From Escherichia coli (GTDB taxonomy: Bacteria > Pseudomonadota > Gammaproteobacteria > Enterobacterales > Enterobacteriaceae), in NCBI RefSeq assembly GCF_013122565.1, contig NZ_CP053258.1: a stretch of DNA of 64,000 nt. One strand, written 5' to 3'. Position numbers and translations under genes: made by a program. Positions 50,852 through 62,241 of the stretch are shown one piece after another (position 1 is the stretch's first letter; every line of letters starts with the position of its first letter). The notes beneath the pieces are model-generated. The model did no database searches. It saw only the letters and a program-made list of their open reading frames with translations, and was not told the origin of the DNA.

Positions 50852-51760
50852 ATGAATACAGATACGTTTATGTGCAGCAGCGACGAAAAACAGACCCGCA
50901 GCCCGCTGTCGCTGTATTCGGAATACCAGCGGATGGAGATTGAGTTTCGCGCACCGCATATCATGCCCACCAGCCACTGGCATGGTCAGGTCGAAGTGAA
51001 TGTGCCTTTCGATGGCGATGTGGAATACCTGATCAACAATGAAAAAGTGAATATCAATCAGGGACATATCACGCTGTTCTGGGCCTGTACACCGCACCAA
51101 CTAACAGATACCGGAACCTGTCAGAGCATGGCGATTTTTAATCTGCCGATGCATCTGTTTCTCTCCTGGCCGCTGGATAAGGACCTGATTAACCACGTCA
51201 CTCACGGCATGGTGATCAAATCACTGGCTACACAGCAACTTAGCCCGTTTGAAGTGCGCCGCTGGCAGCAGGAATTGAACAGTCCGAATGAGCAAATTCG
51301 CCAGCTCGCCATTGATGAAATTGGCCTGATGCTCAAGCGATTTAGCCTCTCTGGCTGGGAACCGATTCTGGTCAATAAAACCTCGCGCACACACAAAAAC
51401 AGCGTCTCGCGCCATGCGCAATTTTATGTTAGCCAGATGCTGGGCTTTATTGCCGAAAACTATGATCAGGCGCTGACCATCAACGATGTGGCTGAGCACG
51501 TCAAACTTAACGCCAACTATGCAATGGGGATATTCCAGCGGGTCATGCAATTGACGATGAAACAGTACATTACCGCGATGCGCATCAACCACGTTCGCGC
51601 GTTACTGAGCGATACCGATAAAAGTATTCTCGATATTGCCCTGACGGCAGGCTTTCGTTCAAGTAGTCGTTTTTACAGCACGTTCGGCAAATATGTCGGC
51701 ATGTCGCCGCAACAATACCGCAAACTTAGCCAACAGCGCCGCCAGACGTTTCCCGGCTAA
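50852..51760 (+). CDS. melR: AraC-family melibiose operon activator MelR
   Basis: ORF track 302 aa; C-terminal AraC HTH. Confidence 0.94.
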   Translation: MNTDTFMCSSDEKQTRSPLSLYSEYQRMEIEFRAPHIMPTSHWHGQVEVNVPFDGDVEYLINNEKVNINQGHITLFWACTPHQLTDTGTCQSMAIFNLPMHLFLSWPLDKDLINHVTHGMVIKSLATQQLSPFEVRRWQQELNSPNEQIRQLAIDEIGLMLKRFSLSGWEPILVNKTSRTHKNSVSRHAQFYVSQMLGFIAENYDQALTINDVAEHVKLNANYAMGIFQRVMQLTMKQYITAMRINHVRALLSDTDKSILDIALTAGFRSSSRFYSTFGKYVGMSPQQYRKLSQQRRQTFPG

Positions 51761-51958
51761 AGACGATATCAGTATCAGCCAAAAAAATAGTTTAGCCGTC
51801 GATAATAAGCAGTGAAAATAATTTAAAATAATCACATAACATATTGTTTATAAAAACAAATATTTCAAAAATGTTTGTTTTTCACGCGCTTTACAGCCCG
51901 AAAAGGCCGGAAGATACTTGCCCGCAACGAAGATTCCTTCATAACCGGGTAAGCAATG

Positions 51959-54226
51959 ATGAAAGTATTAATTGTTGAAAGCGAGTTTCTCCATCAAGAC
52001 ACCTGGGTCGGTAACGCCGTTGAGCGTCTGGCAGATGCTTTAAGCCAGCAAAATGTTACCGTGATTAAATCCACCTCCTTTGATGATGGTTTTGCCATTC
52101 TCTCTTCAAACGAAGCCATTGACTGCCTGATGTTCAGCTATCAAATGGAACATCCGGACGAACATCAAAACGTCAGACAATTGATCGGTAAGCTTCATGA
52201 GCGCCAACAAAACGTGCCGGTCTTCCTGTTGGGCGATCGGGAAAAAGCCCTCGCCGCAATGGACCGGGATCTGCTGGAGCTTGTCGATGAATTCGCCTGG
52301 ATTCTGGAAGATACCGCCGACTTTATCGCCGGACGCGCCGTTGCCGCGATGACACGCTACCGCCAGCAGCTGTTGCCGCCACTGTTCAGCGCGCTGATGA
52401 AATATAGCGACATCCATGAATATTCCTGGGCTGCGCCAGGCCACCAGGGCGGCGTTGGTTTTACCAAAACACCCGCCGGACGTTTCTACCATGACTACTA
52501 TGGTGAAAATCTGTTCCGCACCGACATGGGCATCGAACGAACTTCCCTCGGTTCTTTGCTTGACCATACTGGCGCATTTGGCGAAAGCGAAAAATATGCT
52601 GCACGCGTATTTGGTGCCGATCGCTCCTGGTCGGTAGTCGTCGGTACTTCCGGCTCTAACCGCACCATCATGCAGGCTTGCATGACCGATAACGATGTCG
52701 TGGTCGTTGACCGTAACTGCCATAAATCCATCGAACAAGGCCTGATGCTGACAGGCGCGAAACCGGTCTACATGGTGCCAAGCCGCAACCGCTACGGCAT
52801 TATCGGGCCAATCTATCCGCAGGAAATGCAACCTGAAACCTTGCAGAAGAAAATCAGTGAAAGCCCGCTGACTAAAGACAAAGCCGGGCAAAAACCGTCT
52901 TACTGCGTGGTGACCAACTGCACCTATGACGGCGTGTGTTATAACGCTAAAGAAGCGCAGGATCTGCTGGAAAAAACCTCCGATCGTCTGCACTTTGACG
53001 AAGCCTGGTACGGCTATGCACGTTTCAACCCGATCTATGCCGATCACTACGCCATGCGCGGCGAACCTGGCGATCACAACGGTCCTACCGTTTTCGCCAC
53101 CCACTCCACCCACAAACTGCTGAATGCACTGTCACAGGCCTCTTATATTCATGTACGTGAAGGTCGTGGGGCGATTAACTTCTCCCGCTTCAACCAGGCC
53201 TACATGATGCATGCCACCACCTCCCCGCTGTATGCCATCTGCGCATCCAACGACGTGGCGGTGTCGATGATGGACGGCAACAGCGGCCTGTCACTGACGC
53301 AGGAAGTGATCGACGAAGCGGTTGATTTCCGTCAGGCGATGGCGCGGCTGTATAAAGAGTTCACCGCTGACGGTAGCTGGTTCTTCAAACCGTGGAACAA
53401 AGAAGTCGTCACCGACCCACAAACCGGCAAAACCTATGACTTTGCTGACGCACCAACCAAACTGCTGACCACTGTTCAGGACTGCTGGGTAATGCATCCG
53501 GGCGAAAGCTGGCACGGCTTCAAAGATATTCCGGATAACTGGAGTATGCTCGACCCGATTAAAGTCAGCATCCTTGCTCCGGGAATGGGTGAAGATGGTG
53601 AACTGGAAGAAACCGGTGTTCCAGCGGCGCTGGTCACTGCCTGGCTTGGTCGCCACGGCATTGTGCCTACCCGCACCACTGACTTCCAAATTATGTTCCT
53701 GTTCTCTATGGGCGTAACCCGTGGGAAATGGGGGACTCTGGTTAACACCCTTTGCTCCTTCAAACGCCACTATGACGCCAACACACCGCTGGCGCAGGTG
53801 ATGCCGGAACTTGTTGAACAATATCCTGACACTTACGCGAACATGGGGATTCACGATCTGGGTGACACCATGTTTGCCTGGCTGAAAGAAAACAACCCTG
53901 GCGCACGGTTGAACGAAGCCTATTCCGGCCTGCCGGTGGCGGAAATCACCCCGCGTGAAGCGTACAACGCGATTGTCGACAACAATGTCGAACTGGTATC
54001 CATTGAAAATCTACCAGGACGCATCGCGGCAAACTCAGTTATCCCGTATCCGCCAGGAATCCCGATGCTGCTGTCTGGTGAAAACTTCGGCGATAAAAAC
54101 AGTCCGCAAGTAAGTTATTTACGCTCGCTGCAATCCTGGGACCATCATTTCCCTGGATTTGAACACGAAACTGAAGGGACTGAAATTATTGACGGTATTT
54201 ACCACGTTATGTGTGTGAAAGCGTAA
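51959..54226 (+). CDS. adiA: biodegradative (acid-inducible) arginine decarboxylase
   Basis: ORF track 51956..54226; start at second Met gives 755 aa; paralogous to CadA. Confidence 0.95.
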   Translation: MKVLIVESEFLHQDTWVGNAVERLADALSQQNVTVIKSTSFDDGFAILSSNEAIDCLMFSYQMEHPDEHQNVRQLIGKLHERQQNVPVFLLGDREKALAAMDRDLLELVDEFAWILEDTADFIAGRAVAAMTRYRQQLLPPLFSALMKYSDIHEYSWAAPGHQGGVGFTKTPAGRFYHDYYGENLFRTDMGIERTSLGSLLDHTGAFGESEKYAARVFGADRSWSVVVGTSGSNRTIMQACMTDNDVVVVDRNCHKSIEQGLMLTGAKPVYMVPSRNRYGIIGPIYPQEMQPETLQKKISESPLTKDKAGQKPSYCVVTNCTYDGVCYNAKEAQDLLEKTSDRLHFDEAWYGYARFNPIYADHYAMRGEPGDHNGPTVFATHSTHKLLNALSQASYIHVREGRGAINFSRFNQAYMMHATTSPLYAICASNDVAVSMMDGNSGLSLTQEVIDEAVDFRQAMARLYKEFTADGSWFFKPWNKEVVTDPQTGKTYDFADAPTKLLTTVQDCWVMHPGESWHGFKDIPDNWSMLDPIKVSILAPGMGEDGELEETGVPAALVTAWLGRHGIVPTRTTDFQIMFLFSMGVTRGKWGTLVNTLCSFKRHYDANTPLAQVMPELVEQYPDTYANMGIHDLGDTMFAWLKENNPGARLNEAYSGLPVAEITPREAYNAIVDNNVELVSIENLPGRIAANSVIPYPPGIPMLLSGENFGDKNSPQVSYLRSLQSWDHHFPGFEHETEGTEIIDGIYHVMCVKA

Positions 54227-54550
54227 CCACTATTCCGCTGAAGGCGTAATTGTGTAAATAACATTACGCCGCCTGGCCTTAGGCCTTTTGAGTATGGCAA
54301 CGTTTTCATAAAAATTGCTGCAAACAAAAATGTCATACTTTTTGCGCGGCCCCACCCCGCGCTTTTTTTTGCCTGTTATTTACCCTGTAAAAAAATATGT
54401 ACATGAGAAATTACTATAAAAATTTGTAATATTAGTAAAACTCGTTATTTTTATGCATGTTTATATTCATCATACAATTATATAACCATTTCCCGGTATC
54501 GCTTTGCTTTAGCGAGAACTGGTCTTTTATTCGCACTCAGGAGTACATGT

Positions 54551-55312
54551 ATGAGGATTTGCAGCGACCAACCTTGTATTGTTTTATTGACTGAAAAAGA
54601 TGTCTGGATAAGGGTGAATGGGAAAGAACCTATTAGCCTTAAAGCTAACCACATGGCGTTATTAAATTGTGAAAATAATATTATCGACGTCTCCTCTCTT
54701 AACAACACTTTGGTTGCTCATATTAGTCACGACATCATCAAAGATTACCTCCGATTTCTGAATAAAGATCTCTCGCAAATACCAGTATGGCAACGTAGCG
54801 CTACGCCCATACTCACCCTGCCATGCCTGACGCCAGACGTCTTTCGCGTTGCCGCGCAACATAGCATGATGCCCGCAGAAACAGAGTCAGAAAAGGAACG
54901 AACACGCGCATTATTATTCACTGTGCTATCCCGTTTTCTCGACAGTAAAAAATTCCTTTCATTAATGATGTATATGTTACGTAATTGTGTAAGTGACAGC
55001 GTTTATCAAATTATTGAAAGCGATATCCACAAAGACTGGAATCTTAGTATGGTAGCCAGTTGTTTATGTCTTAGCCCAAGTCTGTTAAAGAAAAAGCTGA
55101 AAAGCGAAAACACCAGTTATAGCCAAATAATCACCACCTGCCGCATGCGTTATGCCGTAAATGAATTAATGATGGACGGTAAAAATATCTCTCAGGTATC
55201 ACAGTCCTGCGGCTACAACAGTACGTCGTACTTTATTTCTGTCTTTAAAGACTTCTACGGTATGACGCCGCTGCATTATGTTAGTCAGCACAGAGAACGC
55301 ACTGTCGCCTGA
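54551..55312 (+). CDS. adiY: AraC-family regulator AdiY
   Basis: ORF track 253 aa. Confidence 0.92.
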   Translation: MRICSDQPCIVLLTEKDVWIRVNGKEPISLKANHMALLNCENNIIDVSSLNNTLVAHISHDIIKDYLRFLNKDLSQIPVWQRSATPILTLPCLTPDVFRVAAQHSMMPAETESEKERTRALLFTVLSRFLDSKKFLSLMMYMLRNCVSDSVYQIIESDIHKDWNLSMVASCLCLSPSLLKKKLKSENTSYSQIITTCRMRYAVNELMMDGKNISQVSQSCGYNSTSYFISVFKDFYGMTPLHYVSQHRERTVA

Positions 55313-55448
55313 TTTTTAACCTTAACGAAGAGCTATATTAATAACGGCATCAGCGATAACCCGGTCGATAATAATTCAACTATCGAATGCAGGCGTATGA
55401 TATGACGTAATTTATTGTCACGAAGCTCGCCTTCGCAGGAGTTTAATT

Positions 55449-56786
55449 ATGTCTTCGGATGCTGATGCTCACAAAGTGGGCTTAATCCCCGTCACCCTGA
55501 TGGTGTCGGGGAATATTATGGGGTCAGGTGTTTTTCTGTTACCTGCAAACCTGGCCTCCACTGGCGGGATTGCCATTTATGGATGGTTGGTGACGATTAT
55601 CGGTGCGCTGGGGCTCTCGATGGTATACGCCAAAATGTCGTTCCTCGACCCAAGTCCTGGTGGTTCTTACGCTTACGCCCGCCGCTGCTTTGGCCCGTTT
55701 CTCGGTTATCAAACCAACGTCCTCTACTGGCTGGCCTGCTGGATCGGCAATATCGCCATGGTGGTCATTGGCGTAGGATATTTAAGTTACTTCTTCCCGA
55801 TTCTGAAAGATCCATTGGTATTAACCATCACCTGCGTCGTGGTGCTGTGGATCTTCGTCCTGCTGAACATTGTCGGTCCGAAAATGATCACCCGTGTGCA
55901 GGCAGTTGCCACCGTGCTGGCGCTGATCCCCATCGTCGGGATTGCCGTATTTGGCTGGTTCTGGTTCCGGGGTGAAACCTATATGGCGGCATGGAACGTC
56001 AGCGGCCTGGGCACCTTCGGTGCAATTCAAAGTACCCTTAACGTTACGCTGTGGTCGTTCATCGGTGTGGAAAGTGCCTCCGTTGCCGCAGGTGTGGTGA
56101 AAAACCCGAAACGCAATGTCCCTATCGCCACCATTGGTGGGGTATTGATTGCCGCCGTTTGCTATGTACTTTCTACCACCGCGATTATGGGGATGATCCC
56201 TAATGCCGCACTGCGCGTTTCTGCTTCGCCATTCGGTGATGCCGCACGGATGGCGTTGGGTGACACCGCTGGGGCCATTGTTTCCTTCTGCGCAGCTGCG
56301 GGTTGCTTAGGTTCACTGGGCGGCTGGACGTTGCTGGCGGGTCAAACGGCGAAAGCCGCTGCCGATGACGGACTGTTCCCACCGATTTTTGCCCGTGTAA
56401 ATAAAGCGGGTACGCCAGTGGCGGGGCTGATTATCGTCGGTATTTTGATGACCATCTTCCAGCTCAGCAGCATTTCACCAAACGCGACCAAAGAGTTCGG
56501 TCTGGTTTCTTCCGTCTCGGTCATCTTTACACTGGTGCCATATCTTTACACCTGTGCGGCGTTACTGCTGCTCGGCCACGGTCACTTTGGTAAAGCACGC
56601 CCGGCATATCTGGCTGTTACTACCATTGCCTTCCTCTACTGCATTTGGGCCGTGGTGGGGTCCGGGGCGAAAGAGGTTATGTGGTCATTTGTCACCCTGA
56701 TGGTCATCACCGCCATGTATGCGCTGAATTACAACCGGCTACATAAAAACCCGTATCCCTTAGATGCACCAATAAGCAAAGATTAA
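55449..56786 (+). CDS. adiC: arginine:agmatine antiporter
   Basis: ORF track 445 aa; APC family, paralogous to CadB. Confidence 0.95.
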
Positions 56787-56889
56787 TTCCCCTTAATCCA
56801 GCAAACATAAAAGCCAACCTTAAGAACTTAAGGTTGGCTTAATTTTGCTTTGCGAGCATATGCGCACTTTGTTCGATGGAAACACCGTG

Positions 56890-58533
56890 ATGTTGAAGCG
56901 CCTACTAAAAAGACCCTCTTTGAATTTACTCGCCTGGCTATTGTTGGCCGCTTTTTATATCTCTATCTGCCTGAATATTGCCTTTTTTAAACAGGTGTTG
57001 CAGGCGCTGCCGCTGGATTCGCTGCATAACGTACTGGTTTTCTTGTCGATGCCGGTCGTCGCTTTCAGCGTGATTAATATTGTCCTGACACTAAGCTCTT
57101 TCTTATGGCTTAATCGACCGCTGGCCTGCCTGTTTATTCTGGTCGGCGCAGCTGCACAATATTTCATAATGACTTACGGCATCGTCATCGACCGCTCGAT
57201 GATTGCCAATATTATTGATACCACTCCGGCAGAAAGTTATGCGCTGATGACGCCGCAAATGTTATTAACGCTGGGATTCAGCGGCGTGCTTGCTGCGCTG
57301 ATTGCCTGCTGGATAAAAATCAAACCTGCCACCTCGCGTCTGCGCAGTGTTCTTTTCCGTGGAGCCAATATTCTGGTTTCTGTACTGCTGATTTTGCTGG
57401 TCGCCGCACTGTTTTATAAAGACTACGCCTCGTTGTTCCGCAATAACAAAGAGCTGGTGAAATCCTTAAGCCCCTCTAACAGCATTGTTGCCAGCTGGTC
57501 ATGGTACTCCCATCAGCGACTGGCAAATCTGCCGCTGGTGCGAATTGGTGAAGACGCGCACCGCAACCCGTTAATGCAGAACGAAAAACGTAAAAATTTG
57601 ACCATCCTGATTGTCGGCGAAACCTCGCGGGCGGAGAACTTCTCCCTCAACGGCTACCCGCGTGAAACTAACCCGCGGCTGGCGAAAGATAACGTGGTCT
57701 ATTTCCCTAATACCGCATCTTGCGGCACGGCAACGGCAGTTTCAGTACCGTGCATGTTCTCGGATATGCCGCGTGAGCATTACAAAGAAGAGCTGGCACA
57801 GCACCAGGAAGGCGTGCTGGATATCATTCAGCGAGCGGGCATCAACGTGCTGTGGAATGACAACGATGGCGGCTGTAAAGGTGCCTGCGACCGCGTGCCT
57901 CACCAGAACGTCACCGCGCTGAATCTGCCTGGTCAGTGCATCAACGGCGAATGCTATGACGAAGTGCTGTTCCACGGGCTGGAAGAGTACATCAATAACC
58001 TGCAGGGTGATGGCGTGATTGTCTTACACACCATCGGCAGCCACGGTCCGACCTATTACAACCGCTATCCGCCGCAGTTCAGGAAATTTACCCCAACCTG
58101 CGACACCAATGAGATCCAGACCTGTACCAAAGAGCAACTGGTGAACACTTACGACAACACGCTGGTTTACGTCGACTATATTGTTGATAAAGCGATTAAT
58201 CTGCTGAAAGAACATCAGGATAAATTTACCACCAGCCTGGTTTATCTTTCTGACCACGGTGAATCGTTAGGTGAAAATGGCATCTATCTGCACGGTCTGC
58301 CTTATGCCATCGCCCCGGATAGCCAAAAACAGGTGCCGATGCTGCTGTGGCTGTCGGAGGATTATCAAAAACGGTATCAGGTTGACCAGAACTGCCTGCA
58401 AAAACAGGCGCAAACGCAACACTATTCACAAGACAATTTATTCTCCACGCTATTGGGATTAACTGGCGTTGAGACGAAGTATTACCAGGCTGCGGATGAT
58501 ATTCTGCAAACTTGCAGGAGAGTGAGTGAATGA
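56890..58533 (+). CDS. eptA: lipid A phosphoethanolamine transferase EptA (PmrC)
   Basis: ORF track 56845..58533; start at [12 protein letters not shown] gives 547 aa; sulfatase-like domain. Confidence 0.93.
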   Translation: MLKRLLKRPSLNLLAWLLLAAFYISICLNIAFFKQVLQALPLDSLHNVLVFLSMPVVAFSVINIVLTLSSFLWLNRPLACLFILVGAAAQYFIMTYGIVIDRSMIANIIDTTPAESYALMTPQMLLTLGFSGVLAALIACWIKIKPATSRLRSVLFRGANILVSVLLILLVAALFYKDYASLFRNNKELVKSLSPSNSIVASWSWYSHQRLANLPLVRIGEDAHRNPLMQNEKRKNLTILIVGETSRAENFSLNGYPRETNPRLAKDNVVYFPNTASCGTATAVSVPCMFSDMPREHYKEELAQHQEGVLDIIQRAGINVLWNDNDGGCKGACDRVPHQNVTALNLPGQCINGECYDEVLFHGLEEYINNLQGDGVIVLHTIGSHGPTYYNRYPPQFRKFTPTCDTNEIQTCTKEQLVNTYDNTLVYVDYIVDKAINLLKEHQDKFTTSLVYLSDHGESLGENGIYLHGLPYAIAPDSQKQVPMLLWLSEDYQKRYQVDQNCLQKQAQTQHYSQDNLFSTLLGLTGVETKYYQAADDILQTCRRVSE

Positions 58534-59198
58534 AAATTCTGATTGTTGAAGACGATACGCTGTTATTGCAGGGACTGATTCTGGCGGCGCAAACCGAAGG
58601 CTACGCGTGCGATGGCGTGACAACCGCGCGGATGGCGGAACAAAGCCTTGAGGCCGGTCATTACAGCCTGGTAGTACTGGATTTAGGGTTACCCGACGAA
58701 GATGGACTGCATTTTCTCGCCCGTATCCGGCAGAAAAAATACACCCTGCCGGTACTAATCCTCACCGCTCGCGATACGCTGACCGACAAAATCGCCGGAC
58801 TGGATGTCGGTGCCGACGACTATCTGGTGAAGCCTTTTGCGCTGGAAGAGTTACACGCCCGTATCCGCGCCCTGCTACGACGCCATAATAATCAGGGCGA
58901 AAGTGAGCTGATTGTTGGCAATCTGACGCTTAATATGGGTCGCCGTCAGGTATGGATGGGCGGTGAAGAGTTGATTCTGACGCCCAAAGAATATGCTCTG
59001 CTGTCACGGTTAATGCTCAAAGCAGGCAGTCCGGTGCATCGGGAAATTCTCTACAACGACATCTATAACTGGGACAATGAACCCTCGACCAACACCCTGG
59101 AAGTGCATATCCACAATCTGCGCGACAAAGTGGGCAAAGCCCGTATCCGCACCGTGCGCGGATTTGGCTATATGCTGGTCGCGAATGAGGAAAACTAA
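58530..59198 (+). CDS. basR: response regulator BasR (PmrA)
   Basis: ORF track 222 aa; OmpR family; 4-bp overlap with eptA. Confidence 0.95.
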   Translation: MKILIVEDDTLLLQGLILAAQTEGYACDGVTTARMAEQSLEAGHYSLVVLDLGLPDEDGLHFLARIRQKKYTLPVLILTARDTLTDKIAGLDVGADDYLVKPFALEELHARIRALLRRHNNQGESELIVGNLTLNMGRRQVWMGGEELILTPKEYALLSRLMLKAGSPVHREILYNDIYNWDNEPSTNTLEVHIHNLRDKVGKARIRTVRGFGYMLVANEEN

Positions 59199-59207
59199 TT
59201 GAATCTG

Positions 59208-60299
59208 ATGCGTTTTCTGCGCCGACCAATATCGCTGCGCCAACGGCTGATATTGACCATCGGGGCCATTTTGTTGGTGTTTGAGCTGATCAGCGTCTTC
59301 TGGCTATGGCATGAAAGTACCGAGCAGATTCAGCTGTTTGAGCAGGCGCTACGCGACAATCGCAACAACGATCGCCACATCATGCGTGAGATCCGCGAGG
59401 CGGTCGCCAGCCTGATCGTCCCCGGCGTCTTTATGGTCAGCCTGACGCTATTTATCTGCTATCAGGCGGTACGCCGCATCACCCGCCCGCTGGCGGAGCT
59501 GCAAAAAGAGCTGGAAGCGCGCACCGCCGACAACTTAACGCCCATTGCCATTCACAGCGCCACCCTCGAAATCGAAGCGGTGGTTTCGGCGTTGAACGAT
59601 CTGGTCAGTCGCCTGACCAGCACGCTGGATAACGAAAGGTTGTTTACCGCTGACGTCGCGCACGAACTGCGAACGCCACTGGCGGGGGTGCGTTTGCATC
59701 TGGAACTGCTGGCGAAAACGCATCACATTGATGTAGCACCGTTAGTGGCACGGCTTGATCAGATGATGGAGAGCGTCTCCCAGCTGCTGCAACTGGCGCG
59801 TGCCGGACAGTCATTTTCTTCCGGTAATTATCAACATGTAAAACTGCTGGAAGATGTCATTCTCCCCTCGTATGACGAACTCAGTACCATGCTCGACCAG
59901 CGCCAGCAAACCCTGCTATTGCCAGAGAGCGCCGCCGACATCACCGTTCAGGGTGATGCAACCCTGCTGCGGATGTTATTGCGAAACCTGGTAGAAAACG
60001 CCCATCGTTACAGCCCGCAAGGCAGCAACATTATGATTAAGCTGCAAGAAGATGGCGGAGCGGTCATGGCTGTTGAAGATGAAGGTCCGGGTATTGATGA
60101 GAGTAAATGCGGGGAGTTGAGTAAAGCATTTGTACGTATGGACAGCCGTTATGGCGGGATTGGTCTGGGGTTAAGTATTGTCAGCCGCATTACACAGTTG
60201 CATCACGGGCAGTTTTTCCTGCAAAACCGGCAAGAGACTTCCGGCACGCGGGCCTGGGTACGGCTGAAGAAAGATCAAAACGTGACAAACCAGATATAA
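59208..60299 (+). CDS. basS: sensor histidine kinase BasS (PmrB)
   Basis: ORF track 59199..60299; ATG at 59208 gives 363 aa; H-box HELRTPL. Confidence 0.93.
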   Translation: MRFLRRPISLRQRLILTIGAILLVFELISVFWLWHESTEQIQLFEQALRDNRNNDRHIMREIREAVASLIVPGVFMVSLTLFICYQAVRRITRPLAELQKELEARTADNLTPIAIHSATLEIEAVVSALNDLVSRLTSTLDNERLFTADVAHELRTPLAGVRLHLELLAKTHHIDVAPLVARLDQMMESVSQLLQLARAGQSFSSGNYQHVKLLEDVILPSYDELSTMLDQRQQTLLLPESAADITVQGDATLLRMLLRNLVENAHRYSPQGSNIMIKLQEDGGAVMAVEDEGPGIDESKCGELSKAFVRMDSRYGGIGLGLSIVSRITQLHHGQFFLQNRQETSGTRAWVRLKKDQNVTNQI

Positions 60300-60364
60300 A
60301 GAAAGCTGCTGACCACCAGCACGCTGAACACGGTAGTTAAACTTTCATAAACACGGTTTTTCAT
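60275..60364 (-). CDS. pmrR: small membrane protein PmrR (29 aa), antisense-overlapping the basS 3' end
   Basis: Hand translation MKNRVYESLTTVFSVLVVSSFLYIWFVTF; below ORF-track cutoff; coordinates about +/-1. Confidence 0.75.
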   Translation of the reverse strand: MKNRVYESLTTVFSVLVVSSFLYIWFVTF

Positions 60365-60433
60365 TGCACTCTCCTCCGTTAACCTGGAGGAGAGTATGCG
60401 CGTCAGAGATTAAGTGAACCTTAAGAGTTCAAT

Positions 60434-60462
60434 TGGCCTGATAAGACAGCGTCACATCAGGC
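60434..60462. repeat. REP-like palindrome / terminator downstream of proP
   Basis: GGCCTGATAAGACAGCGTCACATCAGGCC. Confidence 0.7.
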
Positions 60463-60475
60463 CATCCGTTTCAGC

Positions 60476-61978
60476 TTATTCATCAATTCGCGGATGTTGC
60501 TGCACCAGGCGGGTACGTTTCGCCTGCAAATCGGCAATCTCGTGGTCAATATTATCGATTTTCTGCTCGATATTATCGTAATGCTCGACGAGAATTTCCT
60601 TCGCTTCCTGTATATCTGACGCCGCCGGTGTCGCACCTTTCAACGGACGATTTGCCGTCTCTTTCATGGTTACGCCGGTGATTAAACCAACCATCGCCAC
60701 TACCATCAGGTAATAGGCTGGCATCATCAGATTCTGCGAGCTTTCGACCAGCCAGGCCGCCAGTGTTGGCGTCAGACCGGCAACCAGCACCGAAATATTA
60801 AATGCCGCCGCCAGCGCGCTGTAACGGATATGCGTCGGGAACATCGCTGGCAAGGTAGAAGCCATAACGCCCGTAAAGCAGTTAAGGATCACCGCCAGCA
60901 TCAGTAACCCGGCAAAAATCAGGCCGATGACGTTACTGTTAATCAGAATAAACGCCGGGATCGCCAACACAAACAGGGCAACACTACCAAGTAGCACAAA
61001 CGGACGACGGCCAAAACGGTCACTCAGCAAGCCCATCACCGGCTGGACAAACAGCATACCGATCATAATGGCGATAATAATCAGCACCCCGTGGTCTTCG
61101 GAGTAATGCAGGTTATGCGACAAATAACTCGGCATATAGGTCAGCAACATGTAGTAAGTCACGTTGGTGGCAATTACCAGACCAATACATGTCAACAGGC
61201 TGCGCCAGTATTTAGTGGCAATCTCTTTAAACGAGACTTTCGGGCCATCCTGCAAACCTTCGCGGTCGCCCTGTTCCAGTTTATCAACATGCTGCTGGAA
61301 CGCTGGAGTTTCTTCCAGCGCATGGCGCAGGTAAAGCCCGATAATCCCTAACGGCAGAGCGATAAAGAACGGAATACGCCAGCCCCAGTCGAGGAAGTTC
61401 GCTTCGCCGACAATGGTCGAAATTAACACCACCACGCCTGCACCCAGCACAAACCCGGCAATAGAACCGAAGTCCAGCCAGCTGCCCATAAAGCCACGTT
61501 TACGGTCAGGGGAGTATTCCGCAACAAATATCGACGCCCCGGTATATTCACCGCCGACCGAGAAACCTTGTGCCATCTTACAGATCAACAGCAGAATCGG
61601 TGCCCAAATACCAATCGTGTCGTAGGACGGTATTAAGCCAATACAGAACGTACTGATCGACATAATCACAATAGTGATAGCCAGGATCTTCTGGCGACCA
61701 TATTTATCGCCCAACATACCAAAGAAGAGTCCACCAAGCGGTCGAATCAGAAAGGGAACGGAGAACGTGGCAAGTGCAGCAACCATCTGCACGCTGGGGT
61801 CAGCCCCCGGGAAAAAAACTTTACCTAATGCGTAAGCAACAAAACCATAAACACCAAAATCGAACCATTCCATTGCATTACCCAGTGATGCTGCGGTAAT
61901 GGCTTTACGCAGTTTACCGTCATTAATAATGGTGACATCACGAAGGGTAATCGGTTTTACTTTTTTCCTTTTCAGCAT
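60476..61978 (-). CDS. proP: osmoprotectant (proline/glycine betaine):H+ symporter ProP, MFS
   Basis: ORF track 60476..62011; start at MLKRKKVKPITL gives 500 aa; C-terminal coiled coil. Confidence 0.94.
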   Translation of the reverse strand: MLKRKKVKPITLRDVTIINDGKLRKAITAASLGNAMEWFDFGVYGFVAYALGKVFFPGADPSVQMVAALATFSVPFLIRPLGGLFFGMLGDKYGRQKILAITIVIMSISTFCIGLIPSYDTIGIWAPILLLICKMAQGFSVGGEYTGASIFVAEYSPDRKRGFMGSWLDFGSIAGFVLGAGVVVLISTIVGEANFLDWGWRIPFFIALPLGIIGLYLRHALEETPAFQQHVDKLEQGDREGLQDGPKVSFKEIATKYWRSLLTCIGLVIATNVTYYMLLTYMPSYLSHNLHYSEDHGVLIIIAIMIGMLFVQPVMGLLSDRFGRRPFVLLGSVALFVLAIPAFILINSNVIGLIFAGLLMLAVILNCFTGVMASTLPAMFPTHIRYSALAAAFNISVLVAGLTPTLAAWLVESSQNLMMPAYYLMVVAMVGLITGVTMKETANRPLKGATPAASDIQEAKEILVEHYDNIEQKIDNIDHEIADLQAKRTRLVQQHPRIDE

Positions 61979-62241
61979 AGCTTTCCTCGCAGAGTTGGCC
62001 CATTTCCGCAAACGCCAGAAAAATCAGCGCGACGGCCGCAAAAGGGGAGCGGGAATTGCAGGATGCAATCTCTGTAACAAGCGTAGCGGGTTTGCTTACA
62101 CTCTCCGGTTAAGGAATGTCCAATCAAACCAGTTGACGCCTGAATTGGGCAGTTAATGACCTTTTTACCCTACCAGTGTTTAAATTTGTGATCAACTTCA
62201 CATATGGATTTCGTTTAGGACTCATTGATGTAACTGATTAT

